Shown in pieces: positions 1 through 14,543 of a DNA stretch of 64,000 nt (the stretch's first letter is position 1; each line of letters opens with the position of its first letter). The DNA comes from Sphaerodactylus townsendi (Eukaryota), in contig NC_059427.1 in the NCBI RefSeq assembly GCF_021028975.2, positions 81,530,001 through 81,594,000 of the forward strand, given 5' to 3'. The notes beneath the pieces were generated by a model, which did no database searches, had not been told where the DNA came from, and worked only from the letters and a program-made list of their open reading frames with translations. The position numbers and the translations under genes are program-made.

Positions 1-1420
1 ATTTCTTCCTTATGCTTCTGTCTATTATCCATTCACCCTAAACTTCAGGGCTGAGAATAGGGATTTTCCAAGTCAAGACATTATCCGTTATACTACATTG
101 CATCTTTGGTTATGTATCTGTTGTCTGTGATTTCATAATATTTCTGCCCTGCCAAGTGAATATGTTTTATAATGTATTGGCATAACCATTGGTACAGTAA
201 ACACTTGCTGCTGTAGTGACTCTTCAGGTCATGGTGTCACACTTCTTCAAAGGCTAAGTCTTAAGTCTAAAACTGTACCGGGGGGGGGGGGATATTCTGA
301 GTCACAAATGCTTGATCAGTGCACTTCAGATTAAAGGGATACTCTCAGTGCTCTTCAAATCCAAAAACAAAATAGATAAATTAACAATACTAAGTATACT
401 TAAGGCTGTGAAAATATTTATGTACATTTGGGTTAACCTTGGGAATTTGGATAAAGTCTAGAATGTGGTAGTAAATGCAAATTTAATTCTGTTTGCTGTT
501 GTTCTTTAGAATATCACTTTTTTTCTTTTAAATTATGCAAGTTTCACGCCCTTATGGCTGTCCAGATGCGTAAAAGTGTGCGAGCAATATTTCAACTATG
601 GAATGTTTTATTCAGTTCCCACTGCTGCTTCTGGGATTGTAACTGAGTTTTTAAAGTTTTGATTTGTAAGAAAACAAATGCAATCTGTTTTTATTACCAC
701 ATTCTGGGCTTTTCCCATTCTGCCAAGGAATCATGGCACATACTCTGAATAGGCTCTCTTTTTCTCATCAAGGTTGGTTCCATATTGGGAATATGTAGTG
801 TGTGATGCATACACCCAGACAACTGTTTGATATTCCTTCACTTGGGGTTTTTATAATAGTTACAGAAAATAAGAGCACAGAAGAAAAAGGTGAATTGGAA
901 GGAGCATTCTTCCAATGGGGTTTTTGTTTGCTTATATTTCACTCAATGGTACAGTCCTACTAAGGTGCTTTTTAAATTGGACATCCTTTGGAACAAGAAT
1001 AACATAGGAAATGCAGCTGTAAAAGTATGTAAGTATTAAAGGTACAATTCTTCAATTCTTGTGAAGATTGTTAAGAAAAAGAAAGACAAGAAGGATTCCT
1101 ATAGACTAGTTGGTTGCCTGAGGATAACTTCTATATAAGCATAAATGGAAGGAGTGGATGATTATATATACCAAGATCCCAAATAGACCTGTAGCACTGT
1201 CATGGATATATAAATGGTTTACCTTTTCAAGAGTTTGGCTTATGCCTCTTTTCATGTAGGACCTGTGATTTATGTCTTTCTTCCTTTGCTTTTTTTATTA
1301 TCTGCTATTAAATGTGGCCATTGTAGAATCAAGGCAAATTGGATTTGGCTTACGTTGATATAAATTTGGGAATGTCACTGACGCTTAAAGCTTCAGACTC
1401 TTCTGGCAGCAATGGTTTAA

Positions 1421-1543
<123 letters not shown>

Positions 1544-3180
1544 TGAGGTTGATTGAAAAATCGGTGTGTACTAGATATAAACTTGTGGGAAAGCAGAAAG
1601 CGGTCACTGTGATCCAACTACTGTGTCTTTGCTCATGATACAGACAAAGATTGTAAAATTATTTGCTGTATTAGGTAGAGAAAAACAAGAGCCACAGCAG
1701 TCACCAAGAAAAACACATACAAATAGTTTTACTGGGGTTATCCTCTGATAAAGCTAACAGAAAACACACATCTGTACCTTTTCCACAGTGCTGTATTCTG
1801 ATGTGTGTTTTGTTTTAGCTTCATCAGAGGATAAACCCAGTAAACCTATTCCCCTGTGTTGTTTTTTTTTTGGTGACTGGTGTGACCCTTTTGTTTTTCT
1901 CTACCTAAATATAGCAAATAATTTATGTAATGAGACTGTATAACCATTGTCTGCATCATGAGTTGAAATATAATCAAGAAATAAGAAAAAACAATGACAA
2001 AAACTCTTTTGTAACAGATTGGCCCATTACACATGGAACATTTACCTTGAGCCAGTTCTCTGTGCAGTGGGCTATCCTTGCATTTATCTGTTTACATGCA
2101 AAGAGGCAGCCTGCAGTGCAGTTTGTCTGCTGAATTCCCATTTCTGTTAACTCCACCCATCAACAGCCTTAAAGGCACAGAGCTGATATTCTCTCCCCCT
2201 CCCTTCCCCTCCATGCACACATGCTCTCTCTCTCTCTCTCTCTCTCCCCACCACTGTCTCAAGAGAAGACAAGAGAGAGGTTTGTTTTAAAACAGTCTTG
2301 CCTGAAATAAAGTCTTAAAAGCCTTCTTAGCCATCAGGGAGGGCAGAAACAGAGCAGGGGAGGTTGGGTGGGGTGGAGCCAAAAAGATGCCTGCTTGTAC
2401 TGTTCCTTGCAAAAGCCCTCTTTGTTGTTACTTTGCATCGAAAGATCAATCTCCCAATATCTAAATATGCTACATTAGAGAAGCAGGAAGGATCTGGCAG
2501 CATGGATATGGGGGTGAGGGGAAAGCTCCAGGGCATCTGACAACTGAGGCTGTGCTATCCTGAGGTTGTGCTGGTGGAGGAGAAACTGAACACGGACAAA
2601 GCTTGAGCCCACACATTAGACAGAAATTGGGGTGAGGAGACCTGCTACTGTACATTTTCCACCTCAGGGAGAAAAGCTAAATATTAAATGGGGGAGTTTT
2701 AGCTGACAGAAAGCCTTAGGAAATTATTAAAAGATTAAAGTGTGTGTAGGATATCTAGGAACTTATAGTCATCATATTCAGAGTATTTTGGAAGTTAAAA
2801 ATTGTACTTCTGTGATGTCTGTTACGTGGATAGACTGTTATATCTCTCATTAATATAGCTTCAGAAGACCTCTTGATTATTTATCTGTCTATCCTCAAAA
2901 TTTTGCTTAGAATCACGAACGATCTTATATTCTCACTGAACAAAAGAAGAAAGGAAGCAAAACTAAATCATTTTATATAGGGTTGCCTCATCTCCCAGTA
3001 CAACAGAAGATTTACCACCTCCTGTTGTTTTTGCGTACTGTTGACTGCTAACACTCGGCTGGGTGGCAAAAGAGGGGACCAATAGGCATCCCTGTTATGA
3101 TGACATTGCTTCTGGTGTCTTAGAAGTGACATCAATATGTTGGGTGACTCTAGCATTCACCCAAAACTCTATGGTTAAAG

Positions 3181-3477
3181 AAGAAGAAGAGTTTGGATTT
3201 ATACCCTGCCTTTCTCTCCTGTAAGGAGACTCAAGGTGGCTTACAAACTTCTTCCCCTTCCTCTCCCCACAACAGACATCTTGTGAGGTAGATGGGGCTG
3301 AGAGAATTCTGAATGAACTGTGACTATTCCAAAGGTCACCCAGCAGGCTTCATGTATAGGAGCCGAGAAACAAATCTAGTTCACAAGATAAGAGTCCATT
3401 GTTCATATGAAGGAGTTGGGAACCAAACCCGTTTCTCTAGATTACAGTCCACTGCTCTTAATCACTACACTATGCAT
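3181..3477 (-). mobile_element. tRNA-derived squamate SINE (Squam3/MIR-like)
   Basis: The reverse strand begins with a tRNA-like head (gtgtagtgattaagagc) and ends in a (TCT)n tail. Closely similar to 34752-35021. Confidence 0.75.
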
Positions 3478-5204
3478 TGGGTGAATGGTAGTGAGTTAAC
3501 CTCCCACCCCCAGTGCAATGACATCACTTGCAGATCACAACAGAAGGGTCATCATTTGTACTGAGGACATTGATCATCCCCTTAATAATAAATGCTATCC
3601 TTTCCCCATCTATCATTGGTGCCTAGAAACCCAATGTAGATACAAAGGAATGAATTGTGGTAGTACAGAAAAACAAATGTAGGTTACCTAAACAAAATTT
3701 ATGAATGAACTATTTTGTTAGAAGTAATATTAATCATCTCCAGCAAAGCACCTGGCTTGCTTCAAGAGATTTCTATTAGATGTAAATACTGAACTGCAAA
3801 TATTTTCTGAATAGATAGTTGATGATATAAGATGAGGTAGTGTTTTCTCTTGAGCACAGCTAATTATGAATAATTAGTCACCAACAGAAACTCTGGTGAT
3901 CCGCATGAGAAAATCTGGTTGCCAGCAACATTTTTCTCTCCACCTAACAAAACCAATGATTTATAGGACAAAAGAATGAAATAAAATAACACTTTCCAAA
4001 AAGGAAGACCTCCAAATGTGGCCAAATTGTATGTGTACTTTACCTACTTGGCATGTTCATGTCATTCAGTTACTCAATTAACCACTTTACTTTGACAAAG
4101 CATATGTATGGGAAAAAGCAATTCTTGGATTCCACAGTGTTCCACTGAGCCGATCTGGAGCATCTTACGGCAAGTTTTTATTCTGAACTAATAGTCAGAT
4201 TCAGATCCAATGTCTGTCTACAATTTTATATATTGCATTATATCTACTGGCATGCATAACTGTCCAGTTCTTGTAAATGTCTTCTAAGAGGCTGTCAGAT
4301 TAAGATCAATTTCTTTATATAAGATTTTACTAGCAGTACACTAACTTGGTAGAAAGTTCTTCCTTAGAAGTTCTTACCTCCTTGATCTGAGATTGCAAAT
4401 GCCTTAGCTGTTGTCTGGTCATAGGTAGCAGGTAATAGGCTACATCTTGGCCCAGGATAAAATATTCATTTGAATCTTGCACCCATAATTACTACTTGTG
4501 ATTTGGTTGCCATGAATTATCTACACCACTGTGGTCTACCTGTTGTATACATTACAATAAAGCCATCTGTTTGCATCCCTCTTGCCATTTATGTGAGCTG
4601 GTAGACAACACACCCACAAGTCCAGGTGGTACCACTTCCCAAAGGGCTTCCCAGTGGCTGCAAAGCTGTACAATTGTGAAAGCCTCCCCACTGGTGAGAA
4701 ACCCCATTGCGCTTCATAGACTTATGCTACCCAGAAGGGTAGTATAAGTCTCAATTCTGGCCTGCCAGTGCAGCGTGCCGAATGGCTGGAAGGGAGCTGA
4801 CTGTCAGCTCCTCCCCTGGCCACGCCCCCAGTCTGCCTCTGCTGTAGCAGGGCCATGGCAACTCCACACCACTGGATTTTCTCCTCTGCTGGGGCAAGTG
4901 CCCCATGGAGGGCAAATCCACCAGCGCAGCCAGTGTACTGCTTCCACAAGCGGATTTGACCCTCCCCTTTGGATGGGGCTCTTCATCTCTTGGGATAGAG
5001 GAGTCCCAGTTTTTTGGTAACTAGAAGTGTAGACTAAATTAGTTCAGTTGTTCTGAAACCAGTTGCTCCCATCCCTGGTGCCTCCTTGTTAATAGATCCA
5101 TGTTGTTTTGAGCACACTCTGCTATGTGAACCTAAGAGCAGGAACCTGAGAGAGCACTTTGTTCCTGTCCAACAGCCATAATGCCCACAAGTGGGAGAAG
5201 ATCT

Positions 5205-5582
5205 AGGGGTTGCCAACTCTGGGTTGAAAAGTTCCTGGAGATTTGGGGGTGAAGTATTGTGAAGGCAGTGTTTGGGAAGGGGGGTAATACAGTCCACCTC
5301 CAAAAGCAGCCATTTTCTTCCTCTGTTTTCTGAAGGTCAGTTGTAGCTCTGAGAGATCTCTAGGCACCACCTGGAGGTTAGCAACCCTAGGAGCTAGGGT
5401 TACCAACCTCAAGTAGGGGCCTGAATTTATCCTATAAATGCAAGTGATCTCTAGACTAAAGAGATCAATTCCCCTGGATAAAATGGAAGCTTTGGAGGGC
5501 ATGTGCTGTCACTTCACATTCCTTCAACCTCCCTCCCAAAGTACGACTTCCTGAATCTCCAGGGATTTCCCAAAGAGCTGGC
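5205..5582. mobile_element. Two adjacent short inverted-repeat elements with TAGGGTTGCCA-type termini (non-autonomous DNA transposons)
   Basis: agggg ttgccaac...gttagcaacccta at 5205-5389 is followed by tagggttaccaacc at 5396. Related ends occur at ~7058 and 15985-16327. Confidence 0.55.
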
Positions 5583-6047
5583 CAAGGAGCTTCAAATAAC
5601 CATTCGGTCTCCAGATGTCAAAGTCCTAAGAAGGGACTGGTCATTTTGAAATGCTCAAAGCTCCTGAATCCTCCAGTAAGTAGGATGGAAAATCACTCTG
5701 CCTGTGATAGTTTGTGTCATAGTGTTTCCCTGAGCTCATGCGGCTAGTGTCATTTTATGCACACTGAAATCCACTAGGGAGTGTGGATTGCTCATCCTTC
5801 TATATACATAAAGACTGGAGTCTTTTGCTAGCATATTTTGATGCCACCTGGTTATTCAGTTTGAGCTGCATAAAGCTCATTCTGCAGTCTGAAGGTTTTT
5901 ATTACTTCAGCCAAGAAACTATGCCACGCATTGTTAGCATGATGCTGGTTGTGTAAGGAGGTATCCAATTATGTAAGAAGCTCTCATCACCTTCAGTTTT
6001 CAATCTTATTGACAATGTGGGCCTGCTCCAGTTATTTAAATAATTGA

Positions 6048-6290
<243 letters not shown>

Positions 6291-7762
6291 TAGTAGGGTT
6301 GATGCATAATTTTCAGTAAAATGTATTTAAGCTATTTCCCTTAATCACAGAGAAGCAAATCCCAATTTATTTCTTCCCTGTATATGACAGAGGTGGGATA
6401 ATGTATTATGGAATCTAAGTTTGCTACAACTGACACCTAACTTCATCTCCCCATCTGCCCCTGGGGAAGATCCCACTTAATATTCATACATATTCACAGT
6501 ACTTTATGTACATTTCCACAGAAATCTTTGCAACAACTCTGTTCTCAGTGCTGTTTTATCCATCAGTTGGCATTAAGAGAGTAGCTTTTCCTTGGTTTTT
6601 GTCTTTTCTGTCTGATTGAACACAAAGAGTTTCCACTTGAGGAGCAGGTTCAATAGCATGGGATTTTTCCTGTGGCACCTGTCTGAGCCCCGCCTCTGAG
6701 CCCCGCCCTCTTCCAGCCTCCCTGTTGGCTCCTGTAAGTAAGGTGCAGGAAACTGGGCATGGGGAGCCGGTCATGCCCCCAGGCGCCATTTAGGCCTGGT
6801 ACACCACTGCTGGAAAGGAAGGCTGGTTGAGGGACTTCATCCCCTTGTAGTGGAAGGGATGGAAGATAACAGTCTGAGGGTGCTAGATGCAAATCTTTAT
6901 GAAAATCACATTGAGGTAGTGGCCCAAAGTCTGTTCTATCAGTTGTATTTGGTTTGCCATCCTGCTTCTTTCTTATACTTGGTCAATCTGCCTAAACTAA
7001 TCCATGTTTAACCTTGGGGTAGGATTATTGCAATGCTACATTGGACTGCCCTAAAAATAGGGTTGCCATCTTTGGCTTGAGAAAATCTTGAAGATTTGGA
7101 GGTGGGGGCTGTGGGAGACGGAGTTTGGGGAGGGGAGAGAGCTAAGTGGGGTATAATGCCCTAGAATCCACTCTCGAATTTTATTGACCAGGGCTTTTAA
7201 CAGCATACATAATACAGACAGTTTGCAGAGAAGGAGGATATTTGTGGTTTTATTCTTGTTTATTCTAAATAATGGTGTTGTAATTGTGATTAGTAAGTCA
7301 CCTTGAGCCATGAAAAAAGGCAAGATATAAACATTTAAATAAATAAATAGTATGTACCCTTCTCCCAGCAAGATATAACATAAATGCTGAATTTCGTTTC
7401 TGGATTATCACATGGTCCAAACAAGGCTTATAATGAAGCTGCTCAGGAAGAGATTTTCTTTTAGTTCTATGTGTTCAGTAACAAGCTGGCAAGCCTGAAG
7501 CAAGATGGCAAGTCAATAGTGCACAGATTTTGGCAGAACATTTGCAGCACCTGGCCCCCACCCAGCGGTTACTCTGTGCTACATTTGCTGCCTTTGAGTG
7601 ATAATGCTAAGAAATTACCCTTTGTTGCCTGCTAAATAAATAAATGTTTTCGTGCTTACCCACACTCTATCTGAAATCTATGATTGTTGTAGACTGAAAA
7701 AGGTTGTGTATGAACAGACCAGACTTAGGGAAGATGTAAAGATTCTTCTGAACCACTATTAA

Positions 7763-7963
<201 letters not shown>

Positions 7964-9707
7964 TAGAAATGCTCATAAAATACTTTCTAGAAGCTCTCTG
8001 TGAAAGGAGATCTCAGATGAGTGGCATGTGAAAAGATGTGAAAACTCCTTTATTTGCATAAGTGTTGCTATGTATTATGTATTATTACGTTTGATCACAA
8101 ATAGCCAGCCATTAGTTATAGAAGACTCTTAATACTCTTTTTATATTTCTAGTAATAGTAAAAAATAGGTTGCAACCAACAGACATTTTAAGAAAATTGT
8201 ACAATACATAATTATTGTTTGTTTATAAATAAAATTGGCTTTTCTTACCTTCTCTTCACAATAACAGACATTCTCATCTAAAGCAATACATGTTAAGCTT
8301 TCTTTTGCTATTTTCATGCCTACTCTTATAATCCAGCTCTGTTCTGAAAAGTGTAATAAATAAATTAAAGCACATAGGATTTCAAAGGATTTTTTAATGA
8401 TCCCACTCTTTGCCTACACATAGTGCATAGTTGGAGGAAGGGCAGACTGGACAGGACTGCTTCCCAATGATCACCTGTGTGCTCCTAAAGCATTTATTTT
8501 ATTTTATTTCCAAGCAGTGTTTTTCAGCTGTGTCTTACTTCTACTGCCACCCTCCTCCAGGCTCAGATGCAGACTGAGGTTGGGGTTATAACCATTTGTT
8601 GTGCTATTAGAGAAGTCCATCCCCCTGAGGGAAGATTCTACTTCATATCCACCTAGAAGTAAATCCCTGTTGGCAAAGGTCCTACTTCTTCAGGCATTCT
8701 CCTTTTATTTCTGTGTTTTCAATTGATTTTTTTCTTTTCACTATTGGCTAGCTGGTTCCCTTTTGGCATTCATGAATATATGTCTAATCATCAGTGCTTG
8801 TTCCCTGGTGTAAAGAGAGGGGCTTGAGTAATTTTTACTTTGTATCAAACCAAAGTTACTCCCCATTTTTTTGCTTGTTATCATGTTGCAATTACAAAAT
8901 ATTGATCTTTTTAAAAAAAGACCCGAGATCAAAAAGTGCAAAATAGTACTTCAGCCAGCCTCTGCCACAGTATCATAAGAACTGATGTACAGTTAATTCA
9001 CAAATGCCCCCAAATGATTGGCTGACTAGGGAAAAGATTAAGCTTAGCTAAAAAAATATGGAAACACAATACAGGAAATATTTAATTATAAGTCTATATA
9101 GCACTAGATGGTGGTGATTTGGGCCCATGAACAATATTTTCCCTAGGGTCAAAACATTTATTTCCAAGTCCCTGATTTGCATGTCTGTTTTCCTAATAAA
9201 AAACAGCACTCTGAAACATCAAAGTATGAGAGAATCAGTTTTGGGTAGGTTAGCTACGCCTTTAACAACTTATGAACTGTCTGTATCATCTCTGGTGAAG
9301 ATAAGAAGGAACGAACGAACAAGAAGGGAAGCTACAATGCTCAGTCAATAAATGGTTATGGTGATATACCTGATATGAATGCATACTTAAGAGTCAGAAC
9401 TCAGGCTTCTGCATGAAGAAGTGAAATAATTCTCCTGCACAAGCTGTATCTATATCTCCATAAAATTAAATGGCTGGAAGAATCTGAGAATCATCATATC
9501 CAGCAAAGTCCGGAGTATACACAATTATTCTCCACAATAGATTTGACTAGTATATAATCCAGTTCATGTTGTAGTTGTCATGGTACTGGCGCTCGCTATA
9601 TAATGAATATAGTTGTTAGTAAACACATCCAGGTCACCCAAACAAGTGCAATCTCTCCATGCACTATTCCCTTCCATTTCTAAGTGGATTTTCTTTCTGT
9701 CTTTCAG

Positions 9708-9791
9708 CACCGCTCCACTGTGGCTTCATGCATGCACAGGCAGGAGACCGTGGATTGCTTGAAGAAGTTCAATGCCAGAAGGAAGCTAAAG
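9708..9791 (+). CDS. CAMK2A: CaMKII alpha regulatory-segment exon ([28 protein letters not shown]), Thr286 codon at 9747-9749
   Basis: ttcag| acceptor and AAG|gtattt donor, 84 nt. Contains the RQET autophosphorylation motif and the alpha-specific Cys-Met pair. Confidence 0.98.
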
Positions 9792-12049
9792 GTATTTATG
9801 CCTACCTCTGATTTGTCCGTACTGACTTGTTTCCCCCTTAATTTGTGCACTCCTGTACTCAAATGTTTTGGGCCTGATACTTCTGGATATCTTTAACCCA
9901 AGAAAGAAAAGGCCTTCCTGGACATTGCTAAGATCTTGTATCTTCAACATTCAATGTGAGAACAAAGTTGCACTTCTCCATATTTTTTGTGTAACTAGTT
10001 CTGTTAGTTTCTGTGAAGAAAAAATCCATATCACACTGAAAGTACCAGTACTGTACTCTCTTCTGTCCAGAGAGAAATTCTGTTTTACTGGAAAGAAGGG
10101 ATTCTGCTGTGTGTTGAAATCCATTCAATTAATCCATGGTGGATTTTACACAGCACAAATTTAATGTCTTTGGGGTGATATAAAAAGCGTTTTGGGGAAG
10201 AACTGCACATAGCCCCCCCCCCCCCCACCCATTATATGGCTCTCAACCTGGGTTTTTCAAAAATCCCTAAACTTGCAATCTTCAACCCAGGTTGAAGACA
10301 TGTCTTGCCTGCTGAACAAACACAAACAGGCAGGAAATGCTCTATTCCTCCTGCCCAAAACTCTTACTGTTGTTTCTGTTACTTGCACTTGCCATTTTGT
10401 GTGCTGCATCAGATTCTCCATAAAGATTTCCCATGGAGGTTTGCTCTGCTTAACTCTTGTCCCATTTGCTATTTCACTGCAAAAAGTAGATAAAGTTTGT
10501 TTTGTCTAGCAATGACATACATATGTTGTTTTTCCTCTTTTTTTTGTTTTCAGGGGTCTGTCTGCAAAGTTACGGCCATTCTGCCACTTTTATAATCGTG
10601 TCACCATATCATCGCAGACATATCCCTCAAAGCCAAAAAAAACCCCACCCTGACGTGTCCCTAGGATTGCTAGGCACAACAAACTTTATTCATCTACATT
10701 TTACAGAGAAATAGCAAATGGATAAGCTGCAAGCAGAAGAAACCTCCATGGGGAATCTCCGTGAAGAATCTGCTGCCGCACACAAATTGGATTCCGCACA
10801 GCACAAAACGTCAGGTGCCGTTGTGAAATTGACAAGAGCTCCATGCATCAGGCAGGGGAAAAAGATCTGTTTGACTGACAACGCTTGTGTTCTGCCATAC
10901 TGTGGGAACACAAAATGCTGAAATGGATCTTTTTAGAACATCCTAAAGAGGTTATATTTGTGCTGTGTGGAATCCACCCACAATAACTGGGGATGAGAAG
11001 ATAATACCGATTACTTAAAATATATTGCAAGACATATTAAAGTTACCTTCTAATAGAATTCATGAAAGATGCATTCCTCAGCACAACTTTCATAAATGTC
11101 AGTGGCACTTACTTCTAAGTAAGTGAACTCGGGATCTGTGACCAAATTAATTATTTGCACGTCAATGATTTGCACATTTAATTCAGACAAAATGTGAAAT
11201 CATGGTTTACTTAAACAATGGTTAATGTGTGAAACCAGGATTAATCTTGCTGATAATTATTCAGCTCCTGGTTTACCTTAACAAATGTTTCTTTTATTGC
11301 TTTTACTCTTGTCTCTGCCTCCTGTAAAAAGACCTGACTGGTATGCTGACATGCATTGCACCAGGAAACAAACTAGGACTCATATACCAGTGTGACCATT
11401 GTACAGACTAAACCAACTTTAAACCATGGTTTCAAATCCCAGTGATGTCTAAAGCAAGCCACTGCCTACCAGTACTATTCGGGGGGGGATGTCAGTATTG
11501 AATAAGAAGTATAACAGCGATGATATCATCAACTCTTTCTCCAGTGTTTGTACACTGTAATTCACCCTTCTTGGTTTGTGAGCATTATGGCTGTGTCCAG
11601 GGAGAAGGCTTAAGACTAATAAGATTACAGAGCTGAAGGTAATAGACAATAATCATTGTTTACTTTTTATCCAGTAATCCGTTACTGCCACAATTACATT
11701 AACGTAATCTTATTTACATGGCCTCTAATTAGCCCACGAAGCTGACTGGAATATCAAGAAACACTTCGTGTGTGCGTGCATGCGTGCGTGCGTGCGTGTG
11801 TGGAAAGTAGAGGAGAGAGATGGAGATGATCACACCCACTTGAATTTTTATTTAAAAATTTCTGTTTTGAGGTAAATTTTGAGTCAACATATTGCCAGTA
11901 TAACAAATTAATTTTATTATATAACAGTAAAATACTAACTTCATCATGCTAATTTAGTACTTTTTTGGCCAGTGGCAAAGTCTGTGGGCAAATTATTGTA
12001 TTCCTCTGTGTCCCCCTTTCATTTAAGACTATGGGAAGTCCCAGAATTA

Positions 12050-13645
12050 ATTAATTCTATTTATATGCTGGCTTTCTGCCCAGTTAGGGTTCTCAAGGAA
12101 GAAAACAATTAAATAAATTTAAAATCAACTTTAAAAACAATACATGCATCCAACAATGAAAAACAAATAAGATGGAGGGCCAGTAAGGGTACACCAAATA
12201 AAACAGAAAGTCTTCATCTACTAAAAGAAAACAAATGTTCAAGAGGGATAGCTAAATCTCTCTGCAGAAGGAATTCCATAATGTTGGTGCCCCAATCAAG
12301 GAGGCCATTTCTCAGGTTGCCGCCTGTCTAGCCTCAGATGGCAGGGCCGCTGAAGATTATTGTAACGGCAGAGTAGGTTTATATGGAAACAGGTGATCCT
12401 CAAAGTATGCAATTTGCAAGCTGTAAAGTAAATTGCAGGACCTTGAATTGCACCCTGAAGCAGTTGGAAGCCAGTGTAGAATAGAACTAGACTGAAGTTA
12501 TATGGTCCTATACCAACTGAAGTTTCCGGACACCACATACAATTGATTGAATAATGTAATCTAGAGATTACCAGGACATTTACTGTAGTTTTAAGATCTT
12601 TCCTATTCAATAGCATGCTCACAGGCCAAAGTTGGAGGAAGGCACCCTGGCCATCACAGCCATCTTTTTCATCCAACAGGTGTGCCAGCCGAGCAACATC
12701 CCCAAACTATGAACACTCTCTTTTAGGGGGGATCATGAACAGGGGACAACTCAGATCCCAGGTCACTCCTTCTGGCCACATTGGCTTGTGAGAATTAAAC
12801 TCATACATCCCAAAATTGCTTACAGGTTTCTCTGTGAAAACTATGTGAGTGTTATTTGCATATTAATGAAAATGCAGTCAAAATCTACAGATTACCTGAA
12901 AGATGTTGAAAAGAATCCGAGATAAGATGAAACTGTGCGATCCAACTGGCCACTGGCTAAGAAGCTGAGCGGCAGTGCCCCAGCATGACTTTCAGAAAGT
13001 GCCTCAAAACAGTGCCTCCAAGTCCCAACTCTGAGGCCGTTTCCACATGGGCCAAAAAAGTCAGTAAAACAATGGTAAAAACAGTGTTACGGGTGGAGAG
13101 TTTGCACAGCATAGAAATGATGCTGCAGCGGTGCAGCAATGCTCCACTGACCCCACAACAGTGTATTCAAAAATCGCTCAACGAGCAAGTTTTTTCAACA
13201 ATGGCACTCCACAACTGGCGTCATGCGAAACGTCTGCCAGGATTCAGTGCCATAGAGCCCGCCCCCCACAATGGCCACCCACACTGACCAATCCTGGAGC
13301 CGAACACTCATGACAACTACCCTGGGAAAAAAGAATGCTGTTTGCAAAGCGCAGCCATACAAAGCGCCGTGGTTCTGCTGATGCACTATCTGTCCATGGA
13401 GCGCACGCTCATGTGAATGCTCCGTTGCTGCAGCATTGCCAATAACACCAACGGCACAATGCTGTGATTAGCTGTGCAAAAACAGCCTGAGATACAATCT
13501 AGAAGAATACCACAACTATTAGTATCAAAAGCTGCTGAGAGGATCAGGAAGGGTTATAGTCCATCTGCCAGCGCATTCACCAGGGCAATCAATGCTGTAT
13601 CAGTCACACATCCAGACCTGAAACCAGGTTGGAAAGGATCCAAAC
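12050..13645 (-). mobile_element. Degenerate L2-type LINE fragments, interrupted by a MITE
   Basis: The reverse strand at 13520-13645 encodes DPFQ.GFR.G...TAL/LSAAFDT-like RT motifs. ORF 12296..12676 has an L2-like 'DL.T.V..LVISRL.Y' segment. Confidence 0.6.
13035..13487. mobile_element. Harbinger/PIF-like MITE with 3-bp TSD (TGA)
   Basis: TIRs GGCCGTTTCCACA and (rc) GGCTGTTTTTGCAC, flanked by tga on both sides. CpG-rich. A truncated relative lies at 32187-32290. Confidence 0.7.
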
Positions 13646-14500
13646 AGTTTTAGAAGTAGTAAGTTAAAGAGAAAAGGGATCTATAACGAGGTATTTTCCA
13701 GGCTTACAGAGAATGGCTCTGGACAAAGTACCTGAGTACTCTGTTTTGGTAGACTCATCTGTAAAATGGATCTGAAGAGAATCCCGATACTCTTTGACAT
13801 TTTTGGGACAATGTGCTATGTGAGAAGTATGTGTAGCAGTAGTAGTAGTGATAAGAGGTGGCCATGGTAGTTGTTACGTTGAATTGCCATAAAAATATGT
13901 TCCACATTTGGTTTGTCTCTGTCAGAAGTTCTTCTTCATATCAACAAATTTTAGATACTAGGTGCAATCCTGTGATTGCAGGTAGACTGCTGTTTTTAGG
14001 GGAAAGCCTTTAAATTGCTTATATAAGGGGGACTGTTTGTTCTTGCTGTCATTCATCTGGCAGGTCTTTAGAAGTAAGGTAAAATCCCCCTCAGCAATTC
14101 CTGGCAGAACTCTTATGGGTTGGCCTGGTCCCATCAGAACCTGTTTTTTGAAGAATGACATCCTGTACTGAAACATAGAGTAAAGATACCAGAGGTTGCT
14201 CAAATTAACTTCTTGCCAAGATCATTCAGAAACTTGCAGAGTAATTAAAATCCTTAAGCCAGATATCCAGTGACTTGTTTTCTGCAAACTATATGCTGTA
14301 TCTATTAATATCGTCTCAGAACTATATTCATCATGCCCCTGGAATTGGGCCAAAGATGCATCCTTCTTGTAGCCCCAGCCTGCTCAATTTTTCCATAGGG
14401 TATCTTTAAGAGGAATGAGATTGGCCTGGGGAAGGGATAAGCATGATTCTGAATTCAGTAATGTGTTCTTCCTTTCCTTTCTGTTTTTTGTGTGTTTCAG

Positions 14501-14543
14501 GGCGCGATCCTCACTACCATGCTTGCAACCCGCAATTTTTCTG
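14501..14543 (+). CDS. CAMK2A: CaMKII alpha calmodulin-binding exon (GAILTTMLATRNFS), Thr305/Thr306 at 14513-14518
   Basis: Long pyrimidine tract with tttcag| acceptor and TCTG|gtagg donor, 43 nt, phase 0/1. Confidence 0.97.
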
